Of a DNA stretch of 64,000 nucleotides, positions 47,957-58,600 are shown piece by piece (the stretch's first letter is position 1; every line of letters begins with the position of its first letter). Both the position numbers and the translations under genes were made by a program. The notes beneath the pieces are model-generated. The model was not told the origin of the DNA and made no database searches. It was given only the letters and a program-made list of their open reading frames with translations. Origin of the DNA: Antechinus flavipes (lineage: Eukaryota); NCBI RefSeq assembly GCF_016432865.1, contig NC_067400.1:558124001-558188000 (forward strand). The letters are read 5' to 3'.

Positions 47957-50900
47957 TCAAGGGTCTAGCAGGGCTTTCAAGAGGGCTGGATAGTTGGGAG
48001 TTCCCCAACCTGTGACTGGATCCCAACCGGGTTTGGAACAGAATCCCTGACCCTGCACCTCTTCATCCAGGCAAGCCTCATGGCAGCCTTGAGTCACCTG
48101 TGGTAAAAAGGGAAAGGGTTATACCTGAAGGCCTGCCCCCCCCAAATACCTCAAATCCTCCATATTCTCACTACAAACTTTGTCCTCACCCATTTAACAC
48201 CTTCATTTCCACCCTTGTTCTCCCCAACCCCTATCTCCACCCCCCAAACTCACATCAAATAGGCCACGACCCTGCATTGAGTATAGTCGAGGGTTGAGGA
48301 AACCCAGAGGGGGACGGCCATTCAGGAGTCGCTGCTCATTCACTAAGGACAAGAGCCCCCCAAAGACAGGGGTTGATGCCTGTGGAAGGAGGAAAGAATG
48401 CATATGACAAAGAGCAAAAGGAACAGGAAAAAGCAGCATGTCTTTCTACTTAACTGGCTAGAGTGGGGATAGTGTGTGATCCAAGGAAGAAAAGAGTGTG
48501 ATAGAAGTAGCAGTCATGATAGAAAAAGCCACGTAAGCACAAGGATGAAAATTGGGCTAGGGAAGTGACAGTGGTCTCACCGAAGTGCCAGATACCCAGG
48601 GAATGGGCACATGGTTGCTAACCACCCAGTAGCCATCAGAGAGTGCAGCTACATCAGGATAGGCCCGGCCACTTGCATTGTAGTAACTGGAGGGAGGCAG
48701 GTGAGTGGAAGAGCCCAAAAAGTGGGACACAGCTTCATCCTAAAGAGGGAGAACAGCCATGGGGACTCAGAGCCCATCCTGATTATTCCTCTAATGCCCA
48801 CAGGCCATTTATGTCTCTCAGACTAGGAATATCAAGAAGGGTCTTGTAGGACTGAATTCCCCTGGTGCTGGGGGGCAGGGTAAGTTATCACTCTCACACC
48901 TGGTACTGAGGCCTTGGGAAGATGTTACTGAAGCCGCCGCCACTGATGTAGTCGACAATCTCTTCTGTAACCATGAAGGGATTCCGGAAGGAAGTCCCAC
49001 CCACTGTTGTAACATAGGGGCTGTAGACATAGAGGTCTGGGAATTAGTACCTGGGGATTTAGGTCAGCAGAAAGGCTCAGGGCCCCAAGGATCGTAGGTT
49101 ACCCAGTCCCACAGATCCTGCGTCACAGGTTAGAAGGTTTCCCAAAGGTCACAGGTCAGGGGAGCCTCAAAAGTCACCATTAAGAGAAGAGAGCATCTCA
49201 GTTTGGTGTTACAGCTTGGGAACAAAGTAGCTGAGTGGTGGTGAGGAGGGTTACCTGGAGGCTGGGAAGCTGGGACGGAACAAGTGGCCCTTTGGTCCTG
49301 AGAAACACCCGGCACCGCTGTCCCCTGATAGAAAAAACAGCGACAGGTCTGAGGTTAGTTTTTGAAGTCAGGAGTTTAGAGAAGGGAGAAAAAATGAGGG
49401 ATTCTTTAAAGAGGCCTTAAGATGGGAAATGCAGGAAAATGGGCTGAGGCAGGAATATCAGTAAGAGATCAAGGTTAGGAATCAATCAATTGGACTTGAA
49501 GATGGAGTCTTCTATCAGGATCAGAAGTCTTGAGCATGAGTACCGGAAGCAAAGAGCAGGGTGAGCCCTCGAGCAGCGGCCTTCATGAGCTCAGAGTTGA
49601 CCCGGTGAAGGTAGGCAGTACTGAGCGAATCCTCATCATCCCCATAGCTCACAGTGTGCACCAATGGCAACGAAGACTCGTTACTGAGCAGGAGGAGCCA
49701 CTGCAGGAAAGGCTCCTGGGCCTCATGACGGCCTAAAGGTCAGAGAGAGAGGGCACTGTTTTCTCTACTCAAGTGGGGGGAGCCAGATGTGCCAGGGTCC
49801 CCTTTTTTTAACCTCTAGGGGCTGACCAGCCTCATAGTTATTTTTCATTCACCTCAGAAGGGGCTTTCTGGAAGCATCTCTTAGGCTCTGTTTCTCTACC
49901 CATGGTGGGGAGGGAGCCAGATGCACCTGGATCCCCTTTCTCCCCTCCTTTAACCCCACTCTGGGGGATAACACTAGTTACCTTTCATCCTCCTCAGAAG
50001 GGGCTTTCTGGAGGCATCTCTTAGGCTCTGTTTCTCTACTCATGGGGAGGAGGGAGCCAGATGCACCTGGATCCCCTTTCTCCCCTCCCTTAACCCCACT
50101 CTGGGGGATAACACTAGTTACCTTTCATCCTCAGAAGGGGCTTTCTGGAGGCATCTCTTAGGCTCTGTTTCTCTACTCATGGGGGGGAGGGAGCCAGATG
50201 CACCTGGATCCCCTTTCTCCCCTCCCTTAACCCCACTCTGGGGGATAACACTAGTTACCTTTCATCCTCAGAAGGGGCTTTCTGGAGGCATCTCTTAGGC
50301 TCTGTTTCTCTACTCATGGGGGGGAGGGAGCCAGATGCACCTAGATCCCCTTTCTCCCCTCCCTTAACCCCACTCTGGGGGATAACACTAGTTACCTTTC
50401 ATCCTCAGAAGGGGCTTTCTGGAGGCATCTCTTAGGCTCTGTTTCTCTACTCATGGGGGGGAGGGAGCCAGATGCACCTGGATCCCCTTTCTCCCCTCCC
50501 TTAACCCCACTCTGGGGGATAACACTAGTTACCTTTCATCCTCAGAAGGGGCTTTCTGGAGGCATCTCTTAGGCTCTGTTTCTCTACTCATGGGGGGGGA
50601 GGGAGCCAGATGCACCTGGATCCCCTTTCTCCCCTCCCTTAACCCCACTCTGGGGGATAACACTAGTTACCTTTCATCCTCAGAAGGGGCTTTCTGGAGG
50701 CATCCCTTAGGCTCTGTTTCTCTACCCAAGGTGGGGAGGGAGCCAGATGCACCTGGATCCCCTTTCTCCCCTCCTTTAACCCCACTCTGGGGGATAACAC
50801 TAGTTACCTTTCATCCTCAGAAGGGGCTTTCTGGAGGCATCTCTTAGGCTCTGTTTCTCTACTCATGGGGGGGAGGGAGCCAGATGCACCTGGATCCCCT

Positions 50901-53871
50901 TTTTCCCCTCCCTTAACCCCACTCTGGGGGAATAACACTAGTTACCTTTCATCCTCCACAAAAGGGGATTTCTGGGGCATCTCTTAGGCTCTGGTTTTGA
51001 GGGTTCTTGGAATGCCAATTTTTTGAATCTCTATGGGGAGGTGGCCTACCAGGGCTGCTGTAAACCCAGGTGGAGATGTTGGCTCCAGCGCTCATGAGGT
51101 ACTGTACATCTAGACTGGCTTCCAGTCCAGCTCGGCCATGTCCTTGTTGCCCAACTACTCGACTGACGGAGTTTTTGTGAGGGAAGCTCTTCCCAAAGAG
51201 TTTCATGAACTCTTCTAGATCAGCATCATGGAAGTACTGCTCTAGGAACTAGAGGGGGAGGAGAAATAGAATAGAAAAGGTCAGGGTCAGAAAAGGATGG
51301 GGAAATGTATTGACTTTCTCAAAAGAGTGTCACATATAGGAGGGAGCTCACCTGGGCACAAGCCTGGCTATTGTTGGGAGACCCAGCGCCCACATCCTGT
51401 GCAGTCAGGTTGTATCTCTCACGAATCACAGCTGGAGTCACCCCCATGTGCAGACTTAAGGACTCCTCTAGCTCCAGCTTTGGCCCTGGTCGTTGCTGTA
51501 AGGAGGAGGCTCTAGGGAACCGGTGGAGTCCACCCACTATGCATTAGGAGGAAATGGAATTAGCTTCTAGGCAGGATCCTATTTCCCTCCCTTCCCAATT
51601 TCCAGTCCCCAAACCAATTACCAAAGTCCACATGGGCAGCCAGGGCCCCAGGGAGGCTGTATGGACGTGGGGACCTCACAACACGGCCTCCCCCCAGTCT
51701 CCCAACAAAGCGATGGAACTCTGCCCCAGGAAGGAGCTGCTCTGCTTGCCTGGGGGTCAGAAGTCACAGAGCTGGGAGTCAGCAATTATTAGAAGAATCA
51801 GGGGGGTGGGGAGAACCTTTACAACCCCTTATCCCTCCTTGGGCAGCTAGTCCCCAACTCACTGGACAGTCATCTGGCAGGTCAGGAAGTCCTCTGTGAT
51901 CACTGTTTGGCAATCTTGGACTCCAACCGCTAGAAGCCATTTCTGCACAGTGCTAAGAGTGAGTGTTGATGGTCGGACCAATGCAGCTACATCTTCCAGA
52001 GACAGGTACTTCCCTATTGGGAAGAGGGGAAGAGTGGATTGAAGGAATTATCAGTAAATCTCATGGGCACAGATGTTATAGTTCACCCCAAGCTTTTGAG
52101 AGAGAACACTGAGGGTTGAAAGGGTCCAGATCCCTGGGGGATGGTAGCTTAGTTTATTACAGATCTTGAGCTAAAGATTTTTTTAGCATTTCCATTCATT
52201 AAACTTAGTCATCACAATTCTTTTCTAGACCTCTTACAAACATTTGACACCAAATCCAGTGCTTTTTCTATATCACAGTCCACTCCAACAAGATTTAGGT
52301 GGTTGTCCTTCATTTTTGAAGACACCCAAAATACTATGTTAGAGTTAAATTATGTGTCTATCCTCTGTAGCTGATCAGACCAATACAAGCTCAGAATGCT
52401 CTGCCTCAGGTCTGAGGCAATCCCTTAGGAACATTTGAAGTGGATTTTCTTACTCTCCACAACTTGTGTTTCTAATTGTGTTTTTGTGTCTTTGCTCATG
52501 TGTGCTTTTTCTGGAATTTGTATCTCTTCTTCTCCATATCCTCTAATTGCTGTCAAAATTTTTCCCACTCTTTACAGTATATCTCCACACCTCTTCCAGT
52601 TTTCCCTAGTTTCACTCAGAGTTTAGAAATGGGGGATCAGACCCCATTGTGCAGAAGATAGGGCTGGATTTATAAGCTTGAGAATTTATATAGGTAGAAT
52701 ACCTTTAAAAGTTTGGTCAGAGAATTCGAGATACAGAGAAAGGGATGGTTCAAGAGAGACAGGAAAAGAACCAAGAGACAAGTGTCACCAAAACCAATGG
52801 AGTAGAGTATCCAGGAGAAAGGTTTGGTTACCAGCTTTAAAAATTCCATTAGTCAAGAAATAAAACACAAGCCCGTTTGGTTTAGAATGTTATGTTGGGG
52901 TGGGGTGGGAGCAGAGCGAGAGAGCTGCTTAGAACCCCTGGAATTGGAGAAAAAAGGGATTATTATACAGCTTATACGACCTATGCAGTTCATTTTCTTT
53001 CACTCTATATTCAACCCCGAACACAGATCTTCCCTCCAATTGGTATTGCTATTCGCAGTCTATCTAGTGTCCCTCCATCCCCACCCCTACATACTTCCCC
53101 CCAACACACACACACACCGTATCGGGGGGAGCCAGGGTCGGATACATCGTGCACCAGCTTCTGAAGTTGCTGCAGGTTCTGCTGTCTCAGAGCGAAAGTC
53201 AGACTCAATGATTCAGTAGGACCCACACGGCCAATAGACACCCAGCCCGGCGGCGGCCTGGGAACATGGGGAAGGGGAGTGCGTGTGAAATTAGGGTTCC
53301 TTCTTTTTTTACAGGCTCGTATCAGATCTGGGGTGATGGGAAAAAGGGGAAAGGGGGTCTAAGAATGTTGAGGTTTAGGGACTTCCAAAAGGTCTGGTGT
53401 CAAGGATTCATACCAAGTGCTGCTGGGGAATGGCGGAGGAGCTGGGGGAAAAGAAGATTGGGAATCAAGATCAAAGAATGGCTGATGGGGGAATTTTAGA
53501 GGTAAATGGTAATAGTTTGGGAAGGGGAGAGGGGAGAGGCGGGTCGGACCCTCGCGGAAATAACAGTAGTTCTTAATATACTTTCCTCAAATCAACCACG
53601 TGAAAGAAGCGAGTAGTCTAAGAGTTGGTCTGGGGGGAGCAGGGAGGCTGGCCGAGGTCAGGGGCGGGCACTCACAGGAAAGGCTGGTCAGGCTCTGGGC
53701 CAAGGCCTCGGGCACAGACACACAAGGCGACGAGCAGCAGGAGCAGGGGCCCGGGGACGCTGCGGAACAGGGGGGAGGAAAGAGTGAGCGGGGCCGGGGA
53801 CATCGGAGAGCGAGCCCATCCCGAGCTCCCGCCCGGCCCTGGCCCGGAGCTCACCAAACCTCCGGCCCCAT
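47957..53871 (-). CDS. TPP1: Tripeptidyl-peptidase 1 (CLN2, sedolisin family S53), 13 exons: complement(join(47957..48097,48254..48379,48581..48739,48900..49020,49255..49324,49544..49732,51050..51248,51352..51536,51622..51749,51863..52013,53118..53257,53676..53759,53855..53871)), 569 aa
   Basis: Signal peptide; prosegment; catalytic GLEASLD (Glu/Asp), ASGDSG (oxyanion Asp) and GTSAS (Ser); [12 protein letters not shown]; 17-nt first coding exon; all phases consistent. Confidence 0.96.
49757..50993. repeat. Minisatellite in TPP1 intron 7, unit ~137 bp (137-140), ~9 copies
   Basis: Marker GCATC(T/C)C at 49874, 50014, 50151, 50288, 50425, 50562, 50700, 50837 and 50977; inner copies near-identical, outer copies diverged. 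Confidence 0.97.
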
Positions 53872-54110
53872 GGCAGGACCCTGGGAACAGAAGGAAGCCG
53901 GGACAGCGTGGGCACTTTCCCGTATAGATGTGGGCGGGTTGGGGGACGGACAAGGAGAGCCCCGCCCCTCCCTCAGACACGCGCAAACCCCGTGTTGGGC
54001 GGGTCCCCACAAACAAAATCAGACGGAAACCCCCACCCTCCACCCCGCTCCGCCCCGCACGTACCGCAGCTCCGCACCCACGTAAGCACACCAATAGGCA
54101 CAACACCCCC
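53560..54110. promoter_or_regulatory. CpG island / TPP1 promoter; E-box CACGTG at 53597-53602 (possible CLEAR-like site)
   Basis: CpG-rich across exons 1-2; GC boxes; the CCACGTGA motif is only a partial CLEAR match. Confidence 0.65.
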
Positions 54111-54146
54111 AAACAAAGGGAAGCAGCTCCAGGTACAAACAGTCTC

Positions 54147-54152
54147 TTTATT
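54147..54152 (-). terminator. Poly(A) signal of DCHS1
   Basis: The first minus-strand AATAAA I found after the DCHS1 stop, followed by GAGACTGTTTGT (GU-rich). Confidence 0.65.
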
Positions 54153-55624
54153 AAGGCTCCGGAGTGAGAATATTTGGCACTTTGGGTCTGGGTACGAGGG
54201 CAGCCTGAGCTCTCCCTCACCCAATAAATAAGGATCCGGGGCCTTGGGAGGGGGGATTCTGGGAGCAGCTGAGCCCCCAGGGCAGAACCCCTGCCCTGAG
54301 CTCTCCAGGGCAGAGATCGTTAGGTCTTACCCTTGCAGAGTTCCCCCTCTCTGAGCCCCCAGGACAGAACTCCTTCGCTAAGCCCCGTTCAGGTCGGAAT
54401 CCACCCCCAAACCTGGACTATCCCTTGGGCAGAGTTCCTACTCTAGATTACCCTTCCAAGGACGGTGTCCCCTCTATGACTACCTCTTCCCCCGCCCCTC
54501 CCCCTATTCTGTTCTCCCCAGTTCTGAGCTGAGGTCCCACTGACATCCTCCTTAGACCTCCGGAGACCCAGCCTGGCCTGCTCTTTACTCTTCTGGGCTC
54601 AAAGAAACAAGCTTCCTGCTTGAGGGGGGAGGAGGGGGAAATGGAGACACAGTGCGGGTGCTGTTAGGATCCGGGGTCAAGAAAAGGGGGGCCTCAGAGG
54701 CAGACGCTGCTAAGTCTATTGCCCAGTTCAGTTCTGGGGAGTGAAGTTTTGTAAGACGGGAAAACCAGCAAGGCACTGGTTATGGGAGGTGGCAGGACCA
54801 GGCAGAGGAAGGAAAAGAAAAGGGAGTTTGGGGAGAGGGGAGCACAAGTGTTGCTCCTGAGCCAATTCTGAGGCCCGAGGATGGTCACTGAAACAGGTCC
54901 GGCTGGGGAAGTATTGCTGAGGGGCCAGAATTTTCTGCATTCTGGTACAGGAGAGGCTCCAAGCAGAGGCTGGATGACGAGTCTGGCCATTTGGGAAGAA
55001 GGTTCGAGATCTAAGACTGGTAGTGCTCCTAACCAGGGGTATCTGGTGTTAGATCACAGATGTGGGGAATGTGTGTTTGTGTGCATGTTGGGCTTCAGGT
55101 TGAAGGTGGGAGAGCTAAGAAAAAGAGAGGGCAAGAAGGTATACATACTGGTGTAAACTTTGGGCTCTGGGGGAGATATATGATAAGCCAGGTCTGGGGA
55201 ACAAAGATTGGACTCTGGGGACCTGGGATATGCATATACTGATTCCTGGGGTCCAGGGGATGTAAGCTGGGCCTTCGTATATGTTGGGCCTCAAGAGTTG
55301 GATACGCCAGGGCCAGTAGGCAGGGTATATATATGCTGGGCCCTGGGCCCCAAGGGATATATATTCCGAGCCCTGGGGGAATCTAGGCTGGGCCTGTGAG
55401 GGCCCCTCTGTCAGGGGTGGTGACTGAGTTTGTGCTCTAGGAGGGGTATCTCTGGGGAGCCAGATAGTGTCCCCACCAGGGGGAAGCAGTGGACCCTGGA
55501 GTAATTTCTTGCCCCAACCTAGGGATGGGAGGAGATGGAACTGGGGAGAGGCCTCTAGGGGATAGGCCAGTGGGCTCATCCTGTGTCCTCACGATTACGC
55601 AGGGGCCCCTGGGAGCTTTCCAGT

Positions 55625-58600
55625 CTAGATATGTAGCTCTGCCTCATCAGGGGCCTCCAGGCCAGGCTCTGCACTCAGAGCTGAGGCAGAGGGTCCTTGT
55701 GCTACCCCAAAGGGGGAAACAACAGGGGAGCGGGCAGCCAGCGGTGATAGTGAAGGTGAAAAACTGGGGGACATGGCAGCTGAGGACAGGGATCCTTCAT
55801 GGCTAATGGGGGAGCGGTGGGTGGGCAGGAAGGGGCCGCGGACTCCCGGGCCTGAAGAGTTAGCTGGCTTAGGGGGTACAGACTTGGCCCCAGGGTGGGC
55901 CACAGCGGTAATGAGGGGTGGTGGGTCAATTCGGGGTGCAGGTGGGCAGGGCCGTGCCTCGTCCTTGAGCCGAGCAATCTCAGTGAAGACACTGGCCAGT
56001 GGCTGGAACTGGGGACACCAGCTCAGCAGGTAGTCCCAGTTGTAGCTGCCCCGGAGCTCCTCTTCTCCCGCCACAATGGCTGTGAGTGCCCCTGCCACGC
56101 AGGGCTTGCCGTCAGCTGGGAAACCATAGTCTCCAGGAGGGGCAGGGCTCAGGCCACAGCCTCCTAGGAAGGCCCCAGCAGTGCTGGCAGCTGGTGGGCC
56201 CTCCTCTCGGTAAAGCCCGGGCCCAGGGCCTGGAAGCAGCAGCCCAGCCTTTCGGCCCTTGTACCAGGCATCAGGTGGAGGTGGCTCACAGGATGTATCG
56301 CTCAGTCCGTCAGCATCAGCGTCTTGTTGGATGCCAGAGTCAGGGCCACGGGCAGCCAATGAAGAAGCAACGCTGGCCACTCGGGGGAACTCATTGATCA
56401 TCCGTATCTCGTCATCTTCAGCTGCCTCAGCAGAACCACGCCCACTGGAGTGGGAAGGGTCCAGGGAGCCACCGCGTGGGTAAGGACCGCCTGTGCTAGG
56501 CCCACCATACCCAGGCAACGTCTGGTGGTAAAGGTGTTCGGAATGTGGGGGACTAGGGGCCTCTCGGCCTGGTTTTTGCAGGGAGCTGGTGCTAAGAGGG
56601 GCAGGTGGAAGAGTGGACCCCGGGGCTGCCTCCGCCTTGTGAGCTCGAGCACGTACTAGCCCCAACACCAGGGCTGCTAGTGCCAGGACCACCACCACAC
56701 CCAGGGAGGCGGCAACAGCACCCACTAACAGCAGGTTGAGGTCAGGGGCTAAGCCTAGCGCCGTGTGGGTGATATCCACAGTCACAGGCACTGCAGCACT
56801 TCGGGCTCCAGGCAGGGGCCCTCGAGCCACCACCTCCAGCTGTAACTCCCGGGGTGCCTCCCGCCTCGCCCGGCCTACTCCCCCGGCTTCGCTGGCCCCT
56901 GCACCTGGTGCCTGGCTGTCCACTCGTAGGTACAGAGCACCTGTGGTCTGGTTGATCCCAAAATACGGGGAGGGAGCAGAAAGGGAGTACAGGACCACAC
57001 CATCCGCGCCTCCATCCTCATCTGAGGCCAGCACATGGCCCAGATTGTAGCCCCGACGGGCACCCTCAGGCACTTGAAAGTGGAATGAAGGTGCTAGGAA
57101 GACAGGATCATACTCATCTTCACCAGTTACTAGCACAGACAAGGTGACTGAGGCTGAGAGGTTCCCTGCATCTGCTGCGCCCACAAGCAACTGGAAGCTG
57201 CGGGTGTGCTCATAGTCAAAAGGGACTCTTGCCCGAAGTTCACCTGATGAGCCATTCAATGCAAACATGTCCCAGTGGGTGGCTCCCAGTCCTGGCCCTA
57301 ATCCTGGTTCTAGTAGCGTGTAGTGGAGCCGCCCAAAGGCCCCAGTGTCCTTATCCAGGGCATGGAGGGTGGTGACCAGTGTTCCCGGAGGCTGGTTCTC
57401 AGGCAAGCTGGCACTCAGAGTAAGCAGGGGAAAGGCAGGCCCGTGCTCGTTGACGTCCTGTACTTCCACCGTAACAGGCACCAGGGCAAAGTGGGCTCCA
57501 GGAGGGTCAGCTGCTTCAACCACCAGTTGATGCTGTGCTTGAGCTTCTCGGTCCAGCTGTCGTGCTAAGCGGAGGGCCCCTGAACTTTCATCCAGCTCAA
57601 AGTGGTGTGCGGGGTCCCCAGAACTGATGGTGAAGTAAATCAGACCGTGGGGGCCCGGATCAGCGTCAGAGGCTGCCACACGCAACAACTCAGTGCCCAC
57701 AGGAGTGTCCTCCGGCACAGCCACACGGTAATGGGGCTGGGCGAAGACGGGCGGGTTGTCGTTGACGTCCTGCACGGTGATGACGACCAGGACACTTGTG
57801 CTTCGTGGAGGCTTCCCTCTATCCGCTGCACACACCGTCAAATTGTACTCAGTGACGCTCTCAAAGTCCAGCGGCTCAAGCAGCACCAGACAGCCCAAGG
57901 CCTGGGGACCGGAGCCACCTTTGGACAAGTGCCTCTCCAGCTGGAAGGCCTGTCCGCGGTTGCCACTGATGATGGCATAGTCCAGTGTAGCGTGCGGTCG
58001 GCTCTGGTCAGCATCTGTAGCTTCCAGGATTAAAACTGTGGATCCTGGGGGCAGGTCCTCAGCAACAGTGATGTGGTAGTAGGGCTGCACAAAGCTGGGA
58101 GTGTAGTCGTTCTCATCCTGCAGCTGAATGTGGACTGTGGCCTGTGCTGTCCGTCCCGGGACCCCATGGTCGCGTGCTTCCAGCACCATATCCACTGTGC
58201 CCAAACCGCCCAGGCTCTGGGAGGCCGCTTGAATCATGAACAGGGTCCCTAAAGAGGGGGGATATGGGTATTAGTGGGAAGGAGAGTGCAGGTGGGGCCA
58301 GTAGTCAGGACAGGGCTGGAGGGAAGGAGGAGGATGAGGAAGAAACAGATTGGAGAATTTAGGGTGAGGGGGTGAAGGTTGGAGGTCAGCATGAGAGGAG
58401 AAATCAACTTTGTATGCACTACTGCACTCAGTAGTTGTGTGTTAAATATTTGATGAATGAATGAATAAAAAATGGAGCAGGGGAAACTGGAGAAGAGAGA
58501 GGAATCTGGAGGAAAGGCAGAGGGCAGGAAGGAACTAAGGAATGAGGTGGGGAGGGAAGTGCACCGTTGCTGGGGTCGATGTCAAAACCCTCTGCGCTGG

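Noticed and set aside
49757-50993. Regular repeat array as CRISPR
   Set aside because: Mammalian intron; whole ~137-bp units are repeated with no unique spacers, and there are no cas genes.
55702-58033. Plus-strand ORFs opposite DCHS1
   Set aside because: Antisense shadows of a long GC-rich exon.
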